A stretch of 64,000 nucleotides of DNA from the human T2T-CHM13v2.0 reference genome, Homo sapiens, in assembly GCF_009914755.1 (NCBI RefSeq), contig NC_060935.1, one strand, 5' to 3'. Of the stretch, positions 17,215 to 32,630 are shown piece after piece. Within the stretch, counting starts at the first letter, position 1, and each line of letters begins with the position of its first letter. Position numbers and translations under genes: made by a program. The notes under the pieces were generated by a model. It was not told the origin of the DNA. It saw only the letters and a list, made by a program, of their open reading frames with translations, and made no database searches.

Positions 17215-20200
17215 ATTAAAAACAGCAAGATGGAAGACTTCAACACAATCATATAAATAATTATTTTAAGTGTGATCTAAATATATCAGTTACAAAGCAG
17301 AGATATAAATATGTGATTAAAAGTAAGGGTATAGATGGCCAGGCTTGGTGGCTCACTCTTGTAATCCCAGCACTTTGGGAGGCCAAGGAGGGCAGATCAT
17401 GATGTCAGGAGATCCAGACCATCCTGGCTAACATGGTGAAACCCTGTCTCTACTAAAAATACAAAAAGTTAGCCAGGCATGGTGGCACGCACCTGTAGTC
17501 CCAATAAATATAGATAACTGGTTTTTGACAAAAGAGGAAAATGTAATCTGATAGAGAAGAGGCTGAGGCAGGAGAATCACTTGAACCCAGGAGGCAGAGG
17601 TTGCAGTGAGCCAAGACTGCACCACTGCCACTGCACTCTAGCCTGGGTGACAGAGTGAGACTCCATCTCAAAAAAAAAAAAAAAAAGGAACTGTATAGAG
17701 AAAGATATACCACAAAAACATTAACTGAAAGAAAGCTAAAGAAATATTAAATTCTAACAAAGTGGCTTTCAGAAAATGAAAACTATAAGCAGTAAAGAAC
17801 ATTACATAATGATAAAGGGATCAATTCTCTGAGAAAGCATGACTACCCTAATATACGTGCTCCTAAAAACAGAGTTTCAAAATACATGAACCCCACATTG
17901 ATAGATCTGATAGATAAATAGACAAATCAAAAATTACAGTTGAAGACTTCAATGCCCTTCTCTCAGTAATTGATAGAAAGTAGAAAATAATTCAGTAAAT
18001 CCGAAGATTATTTCAACAGCATTACTAAGTAACTTGACCCAACTGACATCTATAAAACATTTCATATCAACAACAGCAGAATGTACATTCTTTATGAGTG
18101 AACATGGAACATACACCAAAATGTACTATATTCTCAGTGATTTAACAAGCCTTAACAAGTCATACCATAAACTTTCAACCTCAATAGACTTAAACTAGAA
18201 ATTAATAACACAAAAATATCTGAAAGTGTTCTAATATTTAGAAATTAAACAATATCCATAAATAATTCATGGGTGAAAGTGAAAATTTCTAGAAAGAATT
18301 TTTAAAAATATTTGAAACTAAATGAAAACTCATCATCCCAAATTAGCAGCATGCAACAATAGCAGCACTTTGAGGAACATTTATAGTACTGAAGGTATAC
18401 ATTTTAAAAATGAAAAATCCCAATAACACAAGCTTCTACCTAAGAAAATTAGAGAAGAAGTTCAAGCCTAAACCAAGTAGAGTGAAGAAAATAATAATAT
18501 TAGAATAGAAATAAGTTAAACTGAAAACAGAAAAACAATACAGGAAATAAAATCAAAAGCTAGTTCTTTGAAAAGCACAATGAAACTCATAAACTTCATT
18601 TCAGCTTAATAGAGAAAGAGACAATGTGAGAAAGAGATAAAGAAGACACACATTACCAATATCAGAAATAAAGAGGGGACATTACTCTTCTTCATACTCC
18701 AGACAGCAACAGGATAATAAGTTTGATATCATGAACAACTCTGTCTGATAAATTCTACAACTTAGGTAAAATAGAAAAATTTGAAAGCCATGTACAACGA
18801 AAACTCAGTAAAAAAGAAATTTATAACCTTACTAGCCCTATATATATTTTAGAAATTGAATTAGTGGTTAAAACCTTTTAAAAATGCTGTCCCAGAAGGC
18901 TTCACTGCTGAATTCTATCAAACACTTAAGGAAGCAAAAATACCAATTCTATACGTTCTCTTTAAGTGAAAAAGAAATATTTCCGAATTCATTTTGTGAG
19001 ATATCACCCTAATAACAAAATAGATAAAAATGCTGCAATAAATGAAATCTAAATACCATTATTTTTTATGTATATAGATGTAAAACCTTTAACAAAATGT
19101 TAGAAAATCGCATCCAGCAATCAAAACAAATATGCTACAACCAAGTTGGGTTTATCCAAGCAATACAAGGCTGGGTAAACAATTGGAAAACAATCAATGT
19201 AGTTTACCATGTTAAAAGACAGAATAAGAAAAGCCGTATGGTCATATCAATAAATGCAGAAACAATTTTTAAGAAAATTCAACATATTTTAAAGCTAAAA
19301 GCTCTAAGTAAACTAGGAACAAAAATCAACTTCCTTAGTCAAATAAAGAATGCCCATGAATAACCAATAGCTAACATAATAATTAATGATGAAAAACTAA
19401 CTTATATTATCTAAGATGTAGAACATGGCGAGAATGTCTTTTTTTACTGCTTATTATTTAACACTGTGTGGAAGGGCCTCGCTAGTGCAATAGGCAAAAA
19501 TAATTAAATTTATAAAGTTTAAAAAAGAAGAAAGAAAACGGTCTTTATTTTCAGCCAACATGATTGTGTTAACGTTACAGAGAATCTACAAAAATCTCTT
19601 GGAACTAATAAATGAATTTAGCAAATTCATAGGATACATAGTCCACATACAAAATCAACTGCATTCTTACATATGAGCAATGAAAAATTGAAATCTAAAA
19701 TTAAAAAAAGTGTAACACCTATTTGCATATAAATTTAATAAAATATGTGCAAGGTCTGTGTGCAGAAAACTATAAAACACTGACGAAATAAATTAAAGAT
19801 GATCTAAGCAAACTCAGAGATATACCACGGTCATTGATTAGAAGATTCAGTATTGTTAAGACACCGATTTCTCCAATGAATTTTAGATTTAATGCAATCA
19901 CAATAAAAATTCCAGCAAGCTTTTTGTTTTAATAGATATCAACAAGTTGATTCTGAAATTCACACAAAAAGGCAAAGGAACTGGAAGAGCTAACATAATT
20001 CCAGAAAACAACATTGGAGGGTCCAGATGACCAAATTTCCAGACTTATTAAAAGTTATAGTAATCAAGGCAGTGTGTTATTGGTGACAATGTAGATACAT
20101 AAATCAAAATACAGGACCCAGAAATAGGACAATAAATATAGATAACTGACTTTTGACAAAAGAGAGAATGTAATTTGATAGAGAAAGGATAAGCTTTTTA

Positions 20201-20310
20201 TCAAATAATATTAGAAAAGCTGAATGTTCATATGCAAAAATGAGCCTAGATCCATGCCTCACAGCATATACTATATAGATTAAAATGTGTTAAAGACCTA
20301 AAAGTACTCT
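17215..20310 (+). mobile_element. Ancient L1M ORF2 block (EN through RT to the C-terminal region)
   Basis: Degenerate ORF2: ataatgataaagggatcaatt, gaagacttcaatgccc, and track ORF 19097-19363 (ENRIQQ..NQVGFI..QGWVN..KTINV..MVISINAE..F.KIQH). Confidence 0.85.
17337..17686 (+). mobile_element. Alu (AluSc8/Y-like) with an internal 55-bp non-Alu insert
   Basis: aggagatccagaccatcctggctaacatgg diagnostic. Right arm is interrupted at 17504-17558. Confidence 0.93.
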
Positions 20311-20899
20311 AAACTTGCCTTTAAAGAACTTGGGAAGATATACTTAGATGCTTTCTGTTAAGGGGGAAGAGAATCCCTGGAGTAGGAGAGTGTTTTGAGT
20401 AAACAAATACAGCTAGAAAAATGAATGGGCACAAATGTCTGCAAGAAAAGCCAAGAGGAACATAAGGGACCCCATGGAGAAAATGCTAACATCTGAAAAC
20501 AATATGAAAACACTGACTAAATCAAGGGTGGGGGAAGACATATAACAAACAGAGAGAAAAAAAAATGTTGAAAAAGAAAGTTTAATTGGCTTGTAAGAAA
20601 TAGACTGATCATAAGCAGAACTTCCAGAATCCTTTGGTAATAGTACTTTAGGGGCAAAGCAAACTTACAGGTTGAATTAATTTTTTAATACCTTGGTCTA
20701 TGACCTTAGGGTATTATTATACTTTTATTATTTTAATGTTCTAATCATTAAATAAGACACAGATAAATTAATGCACAGAATAATGAATAATTATAAAGAG
20801 AGATCCCATATAACTCCCCCTCAAGGCAAGAAATGGCATTTCTGTTATTTCAGTTGCATCCTCTTTCTCTCCCTATTTGTAATCTGTATCCTAGAAGCA

Positions 20900-21065
20900 T
20901 CACTTCCTTGCCTTGTAACTATTTTATGCCCTAGGTTCTTCATCTCTGAAATGCAAATGGTAGTGATATCTATCCTGTAGTGTTGTTACAAAGATAAATA
21001 AGGTAAATGTCAATTTGTTCATTATGACATAGAGTAAATGTTTACTAAATATTTGCTCTTATTAG
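20900..21065 (+). mobile_element. MIR SINE fragment
   Basis: ttcttcatctctgaaatg...tgtagtgttgttacaaagataaataaggtaa...catagagtaaatgtttactaaatatttg. Confidence 0.55.
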
Positions 21066-21284
21066 TGGTGCTCACATAACAAAGCAAAAGCAAGGACTAG
21101 CTTTGAATATAGATGTAAAAAAGGAAAAGCTTATTGAAAATGACATGACCAATGCAAAATTACAGAATGTTCAACGGTATTGTTGACAAATATTAAAATG
21201 AATATTTTGTAAACTCAAAAAAGTTATACTTTTCCTGACAAGTCACCTTAAAGGTAAATAAAGTATGTAAGAACACATACTTCT

Positions 21285-21503
21285 TCCCCAGAGAACATGA
21301 TGAAAGCACTGCATGGGAATTGATGGAAGTAATTTTCTTACATAAGAACCAGAACTAGAGTTTCCCTCTCAGATTATAGAGAATGGAAAAAGAAACTCAA
21401 ATTGCATAAACGGCAGATCTCAGTCATAAAAATCTTTGTATTAAATAGGATTCAAGTTACATGCTCTGGTAACGTGGGTCTAAGAGGATGCTAATTGGTG
21501 AGT
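21285..21503 (+). promoter_or_regulatory. Candidate OR4P4 promoter and first non-coding exon
   Basis: Non-repeat stretch with an O/E(EBF)-like TCCCCAGAGA at 21285-21294, a homeodomain-type TAATTG at 21492 and a consensus donor TTG|GTGAGT at 21498, about 3.1 kb upstream of the coding-exon acceptor. Motif inference only. Confidence 0.4.
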
Positions 21504-22851
21504 TGATTACATGGGGGACATATAAATAATTAACTGTAAGTAAGTAAGAAATGCCTTGGGAAGAAATAAAAATGTAACTTTAGAATATAGCCTTTACCTA
21601 AAATTTTGCCTGGCATTTGAGCTTGAACACCTTCAGAAATCACTTGGTTCTCTTTGGACTATGATTTGAGTAGTTTTTGAAAACAAGGCAAGTACTCCTC
21701 TTGCCTTCAAACTTTTTTTTATGGGGTGGCCTCCCATCATTTATTTGATTTGGTGATATGACAGGTAATAGTTACTAACATGGTATGAATTTTGTGTTTG
21801 CTTGTGCATAAGTTGGGGAAAATAGAAAGTGAAATATCAGTAGCATTCAACATGCTGAAGATGTCAAGTCAGATGTTGCAAAGAAACAATTTAAATAGTT
21901 AGGGAATGACTACTTTCAATGAAGAGAGGACAGAATCGACTATAAAGGAAAAAGGAAGAGATTCTGAATAAATTCAGAGCATATGTGAGTCAATTATTTT
22001 TTTCTCTCTTAGCATTGCCCTCATAAACATGTGATATTTGTTGAAAATATATTTTTTACTCCTGTGTTAAGAAATCATATTAAGCAGTTGCTAATTTTTA
22101 AACAAGCTGTACTGCAAATTCTATAGACTAAGACATTTTTGGATTAAATGAACACTAAGCTTAAGGAGGACCTGATTGTCCACTGGGGATGAGATGACAT
22201 ATTCTAGAAAAATAAGATAAATGTCAACAGATAATAGCACCTACTTTCTTGGAGAACTGCATGTGAGAAAAGGGACATGCTGTTACAACTCTTGAGAGAT
22301 AGCCTGAAAAACTTTGACAAAAAAGAAAGTAATTCTGAAAATGATATTGTGAGAAGAGTTCTTAGATAGAATTGAGGCTAGTGTCCTCATTTTGCAGAAA
22401 GGAAACATATGCGCCAAGAATATAAGGTCATAAATCTAAGTGGCAGTGTTAGGGTATACACTCAAATCACTTTTCCCCCAGCAATTTTTCTTACGGGGAC
22501 AATAGCTGAAAATGCAGTATTGCTATTCATGTTTGGGAGAACAAAATATATCTTGCTTCCTGCAGAAATATGTGAGCTGTACTTTTGTTGCTTTCTAGAG
22601 CTGGCTTATATAAGGATCCTGAACTGATTCAGTTTGTGTTTTTAATAAATACTTTGGCCTAATTTATAGTTCTATATTTCAACTTAGACATTTTCCATTT
22701 AAGTATCACTGTCTAAAATGGAGCGATGACTGAAATTCAAGAAGTGTCCTACTTTGCCTGAGAAATTCAGACATGTATGCAAACTTCAGAGTTGGGACAG
22801 TCAGGATTAATGTTCAGTTTATCCCGTGTGAGTTTTCTTACTTTCACATGG

Positions 22852-22975
22852 ACATATGGTGAGAGGGTTATAAATTCAGACTTTGGAGTCAGAGAACTCA
22901 GATTTTAAGCCTTAGTTTGCTATATACCATTTGTGTTACTATGTACAATTTCCTAAAGCTCTAGAATCCTAATGT
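22852..22975 (+). mobile_element. MIR SINE 5' fragment
   Basis: atatggtgagagggtta..cagactttggagtcagagaactcagattttaagcc. Confidence 0.55.
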
Positions 22976-24589
22976 AATTTTCATGTGTTTTCCTTGTGAT
23001 ATATTGATATTAGCACAACGATATCATCCCTTGTACACTATTTTATTCTTTTAAATGTCCTTTATCATCTATTATTAAGGTTGAGCTTCAGCATCAATCT
23101 CTAAGTACACAGAGGAAGACATATTTCCTTACATTTAAAGTGAAGATAAAGCATTTTAAAACAAGTTATAAAATTTGCAAGATTACATTTGAAGTTAGTG
23201 GCTGAATTAAGACAAGTAACGGGGATTGCCTCCAAATTATAAAGCATGATTAGATTTTTACTGGTAAATTAAAAAAAAGCACTAACATTGTAGTAGTTAA
23301 ACATGGTGGTTCTATGTCTGTAAAAAAGTTGAACCCAGAAGAAAAATTGCCAGGTAGAGAATTTAGTCATCAGCTGTAGCTGACAAAACCAAGACAACAA
23401 TTATAGGGATTCAAATTACGTTGTTAGTAAACTTACAGTAAATGAAGACAGATTGATGCACTGGTTTTGTCTGAGAACATTCTGTGCCTTACTTTACTTA
23501 CAGGCTTAATTTTATGTAAGAGTCTTAATATGCTTGTTGGGGTTAAGAAGTGTATTTCAGGTGGGTTTTAAATAACATACATAAATTTGTGAAAATGGAA
23601 ATGTATAAGAAGCAATTTTAAGAATAATTCAAACTAGTAGTGTATTCAATATTATAATTTTCTTCTTCAAATAAAATGAAATTGCCTTTCTTATTTATTG
23701 GCAAAGATTAGTGTGATTATGGAGAAGATCATAACCTTTTTCTCAAAAAAGTGCCTTTAATCTAATTCTAGTTCTTGAAATTCCACTATGAAAATGAATG
23801 TCTTCTTGAAATTTCAATTTCTATTACAATGAAATTATTCATTGTATTGGTAACAATGTTAACTTGGTAACATGGAGAGATGAGGAAGAAATTTAAGGGG
23901 GTTTAAGAAGTCAAGAATGAAATTAGGGCTGAAAATGTATATTATAAATGGACAGTCATTCTGAGGACATCTGGTAAGAATTAATTAAAATATTTTGATG
24001 TAATATTATTTTTAGAAAGCAATGAAACACATTGGATAATTCAGTGTCATCTTTGCAGCAACATTCAAGACTAACAACTTAAGATATGTTTGTTCACCAC
24101 CTACAACGTTGGTTTTAGTTTATGCAATCAAATCCCATTTGTTGATATCAATATTGCTAATGCTTAGTGCTATGGTTAATTCAATGAATTTTCTACATTA
24201 TTTAAAAAATAATATTTGTATGACTTGTTTCCTTAATAAATTTTGAATCCCAGAGAGTAAAAGCAGTATCCTTTGCAAGGAATTATTTTGTATTACAATA
24301 TTGTATATTACATTAGACTTTGGAAATAAACATTCCCTATGATAGAATTTTAATATTGTTGATTGAACAATAGAATTCATACCTACTAGGGCAGGGATTG
24401 ATCACAGTGTGCTAGAGAGCTAATGGAAATCATCTAGTATATATATACATGGAGAGTCTTATTAGAAAGCCATTTTAATTGAATACCAGATATTTACTCT
24501 CTGAACCACTTGAATGAGGTAAATTAAATCTAGCTAGTTCCTCAAATAAAATATGATCATTGTACTTCTTAACAAAGACTTGTAAGCTT

Positions 24590-24608
24590 ATAAATTATGT
24601 CATTTCAG
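24590..24608 (+). promoter_or_regulatory. Splice acceptor of the OR4P4 coding exon
   Basis: ...ttatgtcatttcAG ends at 24608, 30 nt before the ATG, the typical OR architecture of non-coding 5' exons plus one coding exon. Confidence 0.65.
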
Positions 24609-24638
24609 GTGACTTATATGTTCTATCTACACTGGACC

Positions 24639-25577
24639 ATGGAAAAAAGCAATAATAGCACTTTGTTTATTCTCTTGGGGTTTTCCCAAAATAAGAACAT
24701 TGAAGTCCTCTGCTTTGTATTATTTTTGTTTTGCTACATTGCTATTTGGATGGGAAACTTACTCATAATGATTTCTATCACGTGCACCCAGCTCATTCAC
24801 CAACCCATGTATTTCTTCCTCAATTACCTCTCACTCTCCGACCTTTGCTACACATCCACAGTGACCCCCAAATTAATGGTTGACTTACTGGCAGAAAGAA
24901 AGACCATTTCCTATAATAACTGTATGATACAACTCTTTACCACCCATTTTTTTGGAGGCATAGAGATCTTCATTCTCACAGGGATGGCCTATGACCGCTA
25001 TGTGGCCATTTGCAAGCCCCTGCACTACACCATTATTATGAGCAGGCAAAAGTGTAACACAATCATCATAGTTTGTTGTACTGGGGGATTTATACATTCT
25101 GCCAGTCAGTTTCTTCTCACCATCTTTGTACCATTTTGTGGCCCAAATGAGATAGATCACTACTTCTGTGATGTGTATCCTTTGCTGAAATTGGCCTGTT
25201 CTAATATACACATGATAGGTCTCTTAGTCATTGCTAATTCAGGCTTAATTGCTTTGGTGACATTTGTTGTCTTGTTGTTGTCTTATGTTTTTATATTGTA
25301 TACCATCAGAGCATACTCTGCAGAGAGACGCAGCAAAGCTCTTGCCACTTGTAGTTCTCATGTAATTGTTGTGGTCCTGTTTTTTGCACCTGCATTGTTC
25401 ATTTACATTAGACCGGTCACAACATTCTCAGAAGATAAAGTGTTTGCCCTTTTTTATACCATCATTGCTCCCATGTTCAACCCTCTCATATACACGCTGA
25501 GAAACACAGAGATGAAGAACGCCATGAGGAAAGTGTGGTGTTGTCAAATACTCCTGAAAAGAAATCAACTTTTCTGA
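24639..25577 (+). CDS. OR4P4: Olfactory receptor family 4 subfamily P member 4 (312 aa, class II OR)
   Basis: Intact ORF from accATGG at 24639 ([15 protein letters not shown]...) with OR motifs [56 protein letters not shown]. The protein is recognised as OR4P4. The track's ATG at 24597 lies upstream of a splice acceptor and is not used here. Confidence 0.93.
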
Positions 25578-25929
25578 ATTGTTTCTGCTTTTCATGCCGT
25601 GGTTCCCTGATGAATGAGAAAAATTCACTCTCATCTTGCTCTTGTCCTTAATGTTTGGAGAGAAAAGTGGGCAAACAGGAAGCATATCCCTTCTGTGGTT
25701 TTATACTTCTACATTGACATCTCTTTAACAAATTGAACATTATTCTTATCCATACTCTCCTCCGCCTTTCTTAATCATTACGATTGTGCTTATGTGACAT
25801 GAAATAACCAGAAAATTTCTTAAAAATAAAGGATTACATGGCGTTGTGTTGAAAAAATAAAACAGATTATGTGTTTTTTGTGCCTTAAACTTCTGAGAAG
25901 ATCAATGAAATATTACTCTCAGCTTTTAC

Positions 25930-26735
<806 letters not shown>

Positions 26736-28027
26736 TTTATTATTTCATTATACTTTATAATGTAATTAAAACAATTTTAAGAAAATAGTAAGTACTATAT
26801 TTGTATTAATATTCTTTCATAATGTATTACTGATATAAAATGAAAGATATTTATTGAAAAAATAATTATCCATAGAAAAACACTAAGTGAAATAAAACAT
26901 TTAGAAATAAATAAGTGAAACATCTTGCACTTCTAGGATCCACACAATGGGGTATGGGATAAGCTGATTAATGCAAAATTGTCTGTCAATCATAGGAAAA
27001 AAGGAAGAAAGCTCTTAGAATGGTAATTTACACAATGAAGCTTAGAAAAACTTCCAGGAATGCAGCATTAGATTATGATAGCAAGATTAAGACACAGGAA
27101 TCACCACTGAAAAATGTTGTCAAATAGAATATTCATTGTAGCATATGAAGTCACTTGCCATATTAAATGAAACTAGGAAAATTCTGTGTTTAGCTTCTAA
27201 GAAGGAATAAAAAATATACTTCACTGTACTCCCAATAAGGGCAGTGATGCCAAATGAAGAAGGCATGCTATGAGTTTATACTAATACTGGATTGTCACGT
27301 GCACACTCAAACACACACATGTGTGTGCAGGCACATAATGCAGAAAATAAAGTCTTTTCAGGAATTTATACTTAAGGCATAGTTGAAATAAATCTGCTCA
27401 TATAGAAAACCAAAAATTAAAAGAAGAAAAAATTTGCTCAAAAGCAAATGATCACACAATAAAAATGACGGAATATAGGTAGACATTAGGTTGGAAACAG
27501 CTACATCAGAGCACAGCATACAAAGACTGGGTTTATTGTAATTAATGGACACAAAATATAATATAAATCTTTATTGTATAAAATAGAAAATGATTTTAAA
27601 GTCAAATTACAACATTGGTTTAAAATTTTTCTAGGCTGTTAGAAAACAAACAAAATAACTTCAAGAAATAAATAAAATGTTATTTTTATTAGAAACTCAG
27701 TGGATAAAACATAGTAGTGTATCCTAATTAATCAGTGAATTCCAAATAGCAACAAAATTACTCAGAACAAAGAAGAGAGAGACAAAGATATGGAAAAAGT
27801 TAAAGGGATATTAAGAGACCTTAGAAATGGAATAAATGGGGGCAACATATATCTACCAAACTTCAGGATTTATAAAATAGTGAGAAAATAAAATTAAAGA
27901 GATAATAATTGACAATTTCTAGAACTATGAGAAATATTTAGAAAAAAATTACAACAAAGTGAAAGAGTTGCTCTCAAAAAGAGCCCTACAAAATATTATT
28001 TCTAATTAATAATAATTTAAAACACAG

Positions 28028-28423
<396 letters not shown>

Positions 28424-28789
28424 TCAAGAAAAGTGAAGTGGGGAGTCTTCAGTAGAATAAAACAAAAGAAACCGCAATTTAAAAATGGCCAAGAGTTCAC
28501 TATACAGACACACTCACTTAAAGTAGTTGTAAATATTAATTTTTATTAAGAGGAAAGATGTTCCAAGAAGGAAAATTAAAAATCCAGGAAGGAATAATGA
28601 ATCAGGAAAATACTAACCTTATTTGTAAACTGAGATATTGTGTTAAAAATATTAATCATGTCTAATATATAAGATGAAAAATAGAGGAGAGAACAAAAAA
28701 CTTAGACCACAACATAGTGGAAGTTGAAAAGAAGTATTGTTTGGTAGGAAAGAAAAGACACTGATTAAATTCAGACTTGGTAATATTAA

Positions 28790-29155
<366 letters not shown>

Positions 29156-29699
29156 AGGAATGTATTTTTAAAAAGGAACAATACCATTCCAAATAAAAGG
29201 CAAGAAAATGGGAAGGAAACAGAAAAATTGGGCAAAAGCAAAAATAAAAGCAAAAAAAGATCATAGAAGCCAATTAAAATATATAAGTAAAACAAAATTA
29301 ACACAATGTAGTAAATTCTTCAGCAGGATAATGAAAATTATCATAATGGTTTAAAATACAGTTTGTCAAATGTGCTTTCACAAAAGATGTACCTAAACGG
29401 TCGATTACACATACACATGAAAGTGAAACTGAAGGCATGAAAAGGATAAAGCAGGCAAATATGTTAGCATTTGAAGCAATATTGATTATTGTGTCTTAAA
29501 TAATTAAATATTAATTGAATTTGCAAGATAGAAATATTTACAAACTCTAACTTTGCATAGATGGAGAAGGATAGAGAGAATTTGATCCAAAACCATAAGC
29601 AGCATTAATAGACATATATAGAACAGTATAGTCAACAACTAAATTGAAGGGATTTATCATATTTTGTAGTTAATTCTTCCACAGAATAATTAATTATAA

Positions 29700-31630
29700 T
29701 TAACCTGTCACAAATTAACTCTTCATCAGCATTGAATAATCCACATCACAATCTAGATCTGGGTTTTAAACTCTTTACGAAAATTATCTTAAAATAGATC
29801 ATAGGCCTAAACGTAAAATATAAAACTATAAAATTCTTACAAGGTAACGTTACAGATAATCTAGATGACCATGAGTTTGGTGATGACTTTTTAGATATAA
29901 CCTCAGAAGTATCATCCTTGAAAGAAAGAGTTGATGATCTAGATTTCGTAAAATAAACATTTCTTTGCTGTGACAGGTAATATCAAAAGAATGAAAAGAC
30001 AAGCCACAAACTTGCAGAAAAACTGGCAAAAAATATCTGATAAAAGACTGTTATCCAAAATATACAAAGAAATCTTAAAACAAACAATAAGAAAACAAAC
30101 AATGTGGAATCAACCTAAATGCCCATCAATGATAGATTGGATAAAGAAAATGTGATTATATATATATATGTATACATATATATATATGATTTTACATATA
30201 TACATATATATATACATGTGATTTTATATATATGTATACATATATATATACCCTGAAATACTATGCAGCCATATAAAAGAATGAGATTATGTCTTTGTCT
30301 TTTGCGGGAACATGGATGGAGCTGGATGCCATTATCCTTAGCAAACTAATATTGCATGTTCTCACTTATAACTGGGAGCTATATGATGAGATCACATGGA
30401 CACATAGAGGGAAACAACACATACTGAGGCCTTTTGGAGAGTAGAGTGTGGGAGGTGGGAGAGGAGCAGAAAACATAACTGTTGGGTACTAGGCTTAGTA
30501 CATGGATGACAAAATAATCTGTGGAGCAAATCTCCATGACAAGAGTATACCTATATAAAAATAATAAAGAGAAAAATAGGAAGAAAAGAACCAGACTAAA
30601 GAAATAGGCTGAAGTCCTTAACAGACATCTCACCAAAGAGGATATACAGATGACATGGAAGCCTATGGAAAGATACGACATATCGCAGGTGACCAGAAGA
30701 ATATGAATTAAAGCAACAATGATATACCACTGCATATCTATTAAAATGACCAAATCCATAATACTGGCAATGCCAAATGCTGGTGAGTGTGTAGAGCAAA
30801 GGGAACACTCATTCATTGTTGTTCGAATGAAAAATGGCACAGCCACCATAGACGAGAGTTTAGCAGTTTCTCAAGTACTAAACATACTTTTACCATAAGA
30901 TACAGCAATTATACCACTTGGTATTTACCCAAAGGAGTGAAAAACTTATGTCCATGCAAAACCCTGGCATTCAGGTGTTTATGTTAGGTTTCTCTGCATC
31001 ACCAAACTTGGAAGCAACCAAGATGTCTTTCAGTAGGTCTATGCATAAATAAACTGTGGTATATTCAGACAATTAAATATCGTTCAGCACTAAAAAGAAA
31101 GAAGCTATTAACCCATGAAAAGACATGGAGGAGACTTAAATGCATATTATTAAGTGAAATAAGCCAATCTGAAAATACTAATAATGTATGACTACAATTA
31201 TATGGCATTTTGGAAAAGGTAAAGTTATCGAGATAGTAAAACTGTGTTTGGGGTGTGGGAAGGATAAATAGGTGGGGTGCAGGCAATTTTAGGGAAATGA
31301 AACTATTCTGTATGATATAAGAGTGCAGAAATGTCTTTATACATAGTCCAAAACCCACAGAATATACAATACCAAGAATGAATCCAACAGAATCTCATTA
31401 TAAAACCCTGTTGTGTAACAAGAATAAACCCTATGGACTTTCAGTGATAATGATGTATCCATGTAGATTCACCAGTTGTAAAGAATGAAATGCTCTGGTT
31501 GGACAATGTTAATAATAAAGGAAGTTATGCATGAGTAGGGCCAGAGGCTATATCGGAAATATTTATGCCTTCTGTTCAATTTTGCTGTGTGAGAAACTAG
31601 AAGTGCCCTAAAGATAGTCTATTTTTAGAA
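29700..31630 (+). mobile_element. L1MC-like ORF2 end and 3'UTR with a nested L1PA piece
   Basis: KRMKRQATNLQK..SDKRLLSKIYKE; catgaaaagacatggaggagacttaaatgcatatt..aagtgaa..aagccaatctgaaaa; ttctgttcaattttgctgtg. Confidence 0.75.
30098..30570 (+). mobile_element. L1PA13-15-like 3' end containing a (TA)n expansion at 30157-30250
   Basis: tggaatcaacctaaatgcccatcaatgatag...ttgggtactaggcttagtacatggatgacaaaataatctg. Confidence 0.8.
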
Positions 31631-32237
31631 AAAGACAGAAAAGAGGATAGAATTTTATAGTACACAAAAACATTTCTTGATTAGGTCAAAGTTAATAAAG
31701 AAAATTGAGAAGAAAGTTATAGAGGAGACAAAGTAAACTGCAGCAATAGAAACTTAAATTCAAAAATCTCAATAACGTTAAATATAATTATACTGCATTT
31801 AAAAGACAAAAGTTGTTAGAGTAAACGTTATAGGATGTTTTTCAGCAAACACTCTTCTGCAAAGGAAAATAATGAACTAATGATACACAAAACAACATGA
31901 TAAATCTCAAAACAGTCTAGACACAAATGAATAAATGCTTCAATCAGTCATAATAAGTTTACAATTGGAAAACTAAAATTGAATCATAAAAACCAGAAAA
32001 GTAGTTGTATCTGGGGGAATGAACTGAAAAGGTGCATGACAAAACTTCTGAGTTGTTGAGTTTTCTACATCTTGAATTTGTTAGTGGTTACATGAATATA
32101 TACATGTGTCAAAAATCATCAAAGCATATACTTCAAAACATTGCACTTCCTTGTATGTAAATTTAATCTAGAGAAAACAATGTATTACAAAAAAGTGTTC
32201 ATATCTATTGGTCTCAAGAAAAATATGGCTTTCAAAT

Positions 32238-32630
32238 CCCACTTATAAGTGAGAACATGCCTTATTTGGTTTTCTGTTCCTGTGTTAGTTTGCTAAGGAT
32301 GATGGCCTTCAGCTCCATCCATGCCCCGTCAAAGAACATGATCTCATTCTTTTTTATGGCTGCAGAGTATTCCATTGTGTATATGTATCACATTTTGTTT
32401 ATCCAGTCTATCATTGATGGATATTTAGGTTGATTCCATGTCTTTGTTATTGTGAACAGTGTTTCAATGAACATATGTGTGCATGTGTCTTTATAATAGA
32501 ATGATTTATATTCCTCTGGGTAGATACCCAGTAATGGGATTGTTGGATGGAATGGGATTTCTGCCTTTAGATCTCTGAGGACTCACCACATTGTCCTCCA
32601 CAACGGATGAACTAATTTACACTCCCATCA
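32238..32630 (-). mobile_element. Internal L1PA fragment lacking the 3' tail
   Basis: cccacttataagtgagaacatg...aactaatttacactcccatcaa. Confidence 0.85.

Noticed and set aside
24597-24638. 14-aa N-terminal extension of OR4P4 in the ORF track
   Set aside because: The ATG at 24597 lies upstream of the likely splice acceptor (24608), so it is intronic.
25131-25185. Gene conversion between OR4P4 and OR4S2 (identical [15 protein letters not shown] and a 20-nt identical run)
   Set aside because: Synonymous differences closely flank the run, so ordinary protein conservation suffices.
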